In this document: one piece after another, positions 59,543 through 64,000 of the stretch
How the letters are laid out: each line of letters starts with the position of its first letter
Position numbering within the stretch: position 1 is the first letter of the stretch
Assembly: GCF_009914755.1 (NCBI RefSeq)
Contig: NC_060929.1
Strand: one strand, 5' to 3'
Length of the DNA: 64,000 nt
Source: the human T2T-CHM13v2.0 reference genome, Homo sapiens
Made by a program: the position numbers and the translations under genes
Notes under the pieces: generated by a model
Seen by the model: the letters and a program-made list of their open reading frames with translations, nothing else
The model's database searches: none
Told to the model about the DNA's origin: nothing

Positions 59543-60333
59543 TAAAACTGGGTGTTTGGCTGTGCTGTCCATTGTTTCTGTCAATTCTCATTGAGAGAAT
59601 TCTATGTTTGGAAAAGGTATACATTGCTAGAGATGAGTTTTTTATTTCAACAATAGTAAATTGTCATTCTGTGGTTTGCTATAAGGGTTTTAAAATTGAG
59701 CTCATTGTGTTTGTGGTTTAGATTTAGGGAATTTCAATCCATAAGGAGCTTTGTATCCAGCCTCAAGCTTTTGTCATATGTGAGGGGGGTGAGGAGGAAG
59801 AGAGGATGATAAGTTTACCAAGGTCATGGATCAGATTAGGGACCAGTTCTCCTGTCTCTGAATGAGGGTACTTTCTATGTGCTTCCCAGCCTCTCCCTAG
59901 GCCTACCCGAATCGTTAACTGAAGGGAACAAAGTTATATCAGAAACAGCTTTTTGGTATTAGCAAGAACCAAGGCAGCCCTTTAAGAAAACTCTTGATTT
60001 TTTCTGTTCTGTCACAATGCCTCATAAAAGGAAAAATAAAATTATAATCAATCATCAGTAGAAGCAACCATTTACATGGAGGAATTTAAAAGTTTAAAAT
60101 CTTTATTACTTTTTGGGTGATTATTGAAGGCCTTCTGGTTGGTTACATGTTTAAAACTACAAAATTCCGTGGAAATATGAGAAGTAGCTGATTTACATAG
60201 TAGTGCATTTTCAGTGCAGAATTATTGTGTCAAGAACTCAAGTGTTTAAAAAAAGGAAAGTTGCAGAGTAGCTTCAAATGATACCTTCCCAGCTGTACCA
60301 GCCCCAAAGCAAAGAGCAGTTATCTGTGGATAC

Positions 60334-60821
60334 TGTGAACAAAAGTTCTCTGAAAAGGAATTTGGGGGAAAGAGATTTTATTCCAGTGAACGGTTTGCAA
60401 ACCCAGGAGTTGCAGCCAGTGTAAAATGAAAGTGCAGTTCAGAGAACAAAGGGAAGGCTTGGGTTTTATAGCAAAAGTCCCCACCCAGCTTCCAATCAGG
60501 CCCTTTTAGGAAAGTGAAGGATTGAAACTGGTTTAATTCTAATTGATCAGTGCAGCTGAGTTCTGGTTGGTTGACACAGCGGAACCCTGATCCTTTGATA
60601 AAGCTAAGCCCTGATTAGCTAAGGCAGGTAAGCTCTGATTGGTTGGTTCAGCTGAGCTCTGAAAGACCCAAAGATAAAAAGCTGGGTTTTCAGGGAACTC
60701 AGAGTACAGGTGTGATCCTTAGTCAGCAAAGGCCTGCTTGACTCGATTTTAAATTTAGGCCTAGGCAGCCACTCCTATGGATCTTAAATAATTGGTTCTT
60801 TCAGTTTCACATTTGTTCACA
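60334..60821 (-). mobile_element. ERV solo LTR (family not assigned)
   Basis: TG...CA ends with 10-bp inverted repeat TGTGAACAAA/TTTGTTCACA; on the - strand, repeated CCAAT-like units, then TATAAAA, then AATAAA. Confidence 0.75.
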
Positions 60822-60852
60822 AGCTTTCATACTTTTCCAAGGAGGCAGTTAG

Positions 60853-61770
<918 letters not shown>

Positions 61771-61964
61771 TTTAGAAAAACGTTTCTAATTTTACATGAG
61801 ATTTTAAAATAATGACTCATAATGACATTAACAAAAACATAAAGACCTATAGCAGAATCAGCCGTGGGCAAAATCTCCAAGTGTGTCTCTTCTGACCGCC
61901 CGTCCTCCAGTACCCGTTCCTGGCCACCTGTGCTTTAGTAACAACAACAGTAATAGGCACTGAT

Positions 61965-62029
61965 TTGGGTTGAACCACATGAAATTGCTATTTTTGTAGG
62001 TCAACAGTGGTCACATAGCAACAACCTAA
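61965..62029. mobile_element. MADE2-like mariner MITE, degenerate or partly deleted, inside a MIR
   Basis: tgggttgaaccacatgaaattgctatttttgtaggtcaa...caacctaa. Confidence 0.65.
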
Positions 62030-62160
62030 TATTATGTGCCAAGCATTTCTAATCACTTAAAAATATAAACTCATTTAATCTTCACACCAGTCCTATAAAT
62101 CAAGAGTGATTATTATGCCGATTTTACAGATGAGGAAACTGAGTCACAGAGAGGTTGGAG
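62030..62160 (-). mobile_element. MIR
   Basis: aactcatttaatcttcac...attttacagatgaggaaactgagtcacagagaggtt. Confidence 0.8.
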
Positions 62161-62882
62161 ACAGAGTGTCTAGAACCCAGAGCTGCTACTCCAATAGCAC
62201 CCAACTCACCCCAGGTCTTCCCCACAATGCTCTGAAGTCTCAAACATTTCTTTCTTCCAGTCATACCCAAATTATATTTCTAATCTCTGTTGTCTAATTC
62301 CAGTGCTCTATTAGAAAAAAAATCAAGCTAATTAAGTTAATCCAGTTGTAATTTAATTAATGCAGCTATAGATTTTAATTATAGTGCTTCATGGTTAAAT
62401 ATCACTCCACATACCCCAGAGACTTTCACATTCATCAATTTATTCTCATACAAATTCAGGGAAGGAGGCAAAGCAGATAATCTTATCCTCATGTTTACGC
62501 CTAGGATAACTGCTAAGAGTCACCTGTGATTCACACAAACATACAATTTTTGATGGAAGAACTTAGACCAAGAGTTCTTTTTTTTTTTTTTTTTCCAAAT
62601 CAAAGTTACATGTGTATAAATCCAAATAAGGTCTAATTGGCACAGGATGACAGAGTGAAATGAAGATCTTGAGGTGGTGGAGGGAGTAGCTAGGACTGAA
62701 GGACATGAACTCCTGCCAGCTTGCAAGTCCCACCAGGTTACAAGCAGTCACCTCGGCCCCTGAGCTCAGGTCACTCTAAGGACTGGTCCTCAATATGTGC
62801 CCTGGACTTTTCCCCAGGTCCATAACGCTGTGCTGTGCCGCATTGTATTTTGTTTTTAATCTTTCGTTGTTTATATTTTTAA

Positions 62883-63044
<162 letters not shown>

Positions 63045-63553
63045 TGACCTGTCAGTCCCTGAAACAGTCACGGATCTCTGTTTGTGCCAAGGTGTTCTAT
63101 TGAAAACTTGCATCAAAAAGCACAATAGCAGAATTATGCCTAACACCTGTACAGGGCTATCTACTGTCCTAAGGGCTTTATCTATTCAACAAACATTTAT
63201 TGAGTTCCTACTATGTGCCAGGAATTGATCAAAAGAGATTGGGATCTCTGCCTGCTCGTAGCTTACATTCTTGCTCTATGCCTGTTAACTTAATTCTCAC
63301 AAGTACTCTAATAGGTGGGTACTATTGTTATCACCATCTGCATGTTACAGTTGAGAAACTGAGTCATAACAAGGTTATGTTACTTGCACAGGACCTCATC
63401 GCCTGTTAAATGTTAGAGCTAGTATTGGACCCTGTCAGCTTGGCTCACAGCTGTGTGCTCTTCCTTGTTCTCTTTTGATATAGGGTATCTGTACTTGAGA
63501 TCCCCTTCCCTTTCAGGTGAGGAATCAGAGATACCAACAGGAATACAGTGGAT

Positions 63554-64000
63554 CAGTGGTTCGGGCAACTTTTTGAAATTAGGACTCCTTTGCATTCTTA
63601 AAATTTATTGAGGACCCAAAAGAGCTTCTGTTGATAGGGGCTATATCTATTTATATTTACCATACTAAATGAAATTTAATATGTAAATAAAAACTGGAAA
63701 AAATAGAATGTTAATTTATTTAAATTAATAATAATCACATTTCATGGTAACATAAATTGTGTTTTTATTAAAAAAAACTACATTTTCCAAAACCCTTCAA
63801 AATTAGCGAGAAGAGCAATGCTATTTTACATTTTTATAAAAAAATCTCTTTAATGTCCAGCTTAATAGAAGATAGCTGGATTATCATGTCTGCTTTTACG
63901 TTCAGTTGGTTTTGATCTCATACTTTATGTAGCTTCTGAAAAACTCCACTGTACACTTGAAAGAGAATTAGAGTGAAAACGGCAAATATTGTTGTTGTAT
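63554..64000 (-). mobile_element. Charlie1-family hAT DNA transposon end (runs off the window)
   Basis: cagtggtt...tcttaaaatttattgaggacccaaaagagcttctgttga...tctctttaatgtccagcttaatagaagatagctggatt. Confidence 0.7.

Noticed and set aside
60550-60660. Spaced ~24-bp repeats superficially like a CRISPR array
   Set aside because: Degenerate tandem units without unique spacers, inside an LTR in primate DNA; no cas genes

Overview
Eukaryotic (human or great-ape) genomic DNA, AT-rich and repeat-dense, lying entirely inside one + strand gene that I recognise as MEGF10 (Draper/CED-1-family engulfment receptor). I traced 17 GT-AG coding exons (10319..63009, 2568 nt in total). They splice in a continuous frame into tandem EGF/laminin-EGF-like repeats, a transmembrane helix and the NPxY-containing start of the cytoplasmic tail. 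The 5' exons (signal peptide, EMI domain) and the last exons lie outside the window. Introns hold Alu, L1, L2, MIR, CR1/L3, MaLR/ERV LTRs and DNA-transposon relics (MADE1, MADE2, MER94, MER5, Charlie1). The most interesting signals are: (1) an alternative terminal exon carved from an antisense L1 (38126 onward) that would give a TM-less, secreted form ending ...GWSGLF*; (2) three in-frame splice acceptors 54 nt apart before one exon, the two upstream ones leading into a stop; (3) a miR-548-like MADE1 hairpin; (4) a tight inverted Alu pair; (5) a dense E-box cluster; (6) AT palindromes around an atypical Alu fragment; (7) an intact-looking antisense solo LTR. I found no evidence of a wholly new biological system, prokaryotic genes, CRISPR arrays, tRNA or rRNA. 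Repeat boundaries and subfamilies were judged by eye and are approximate.
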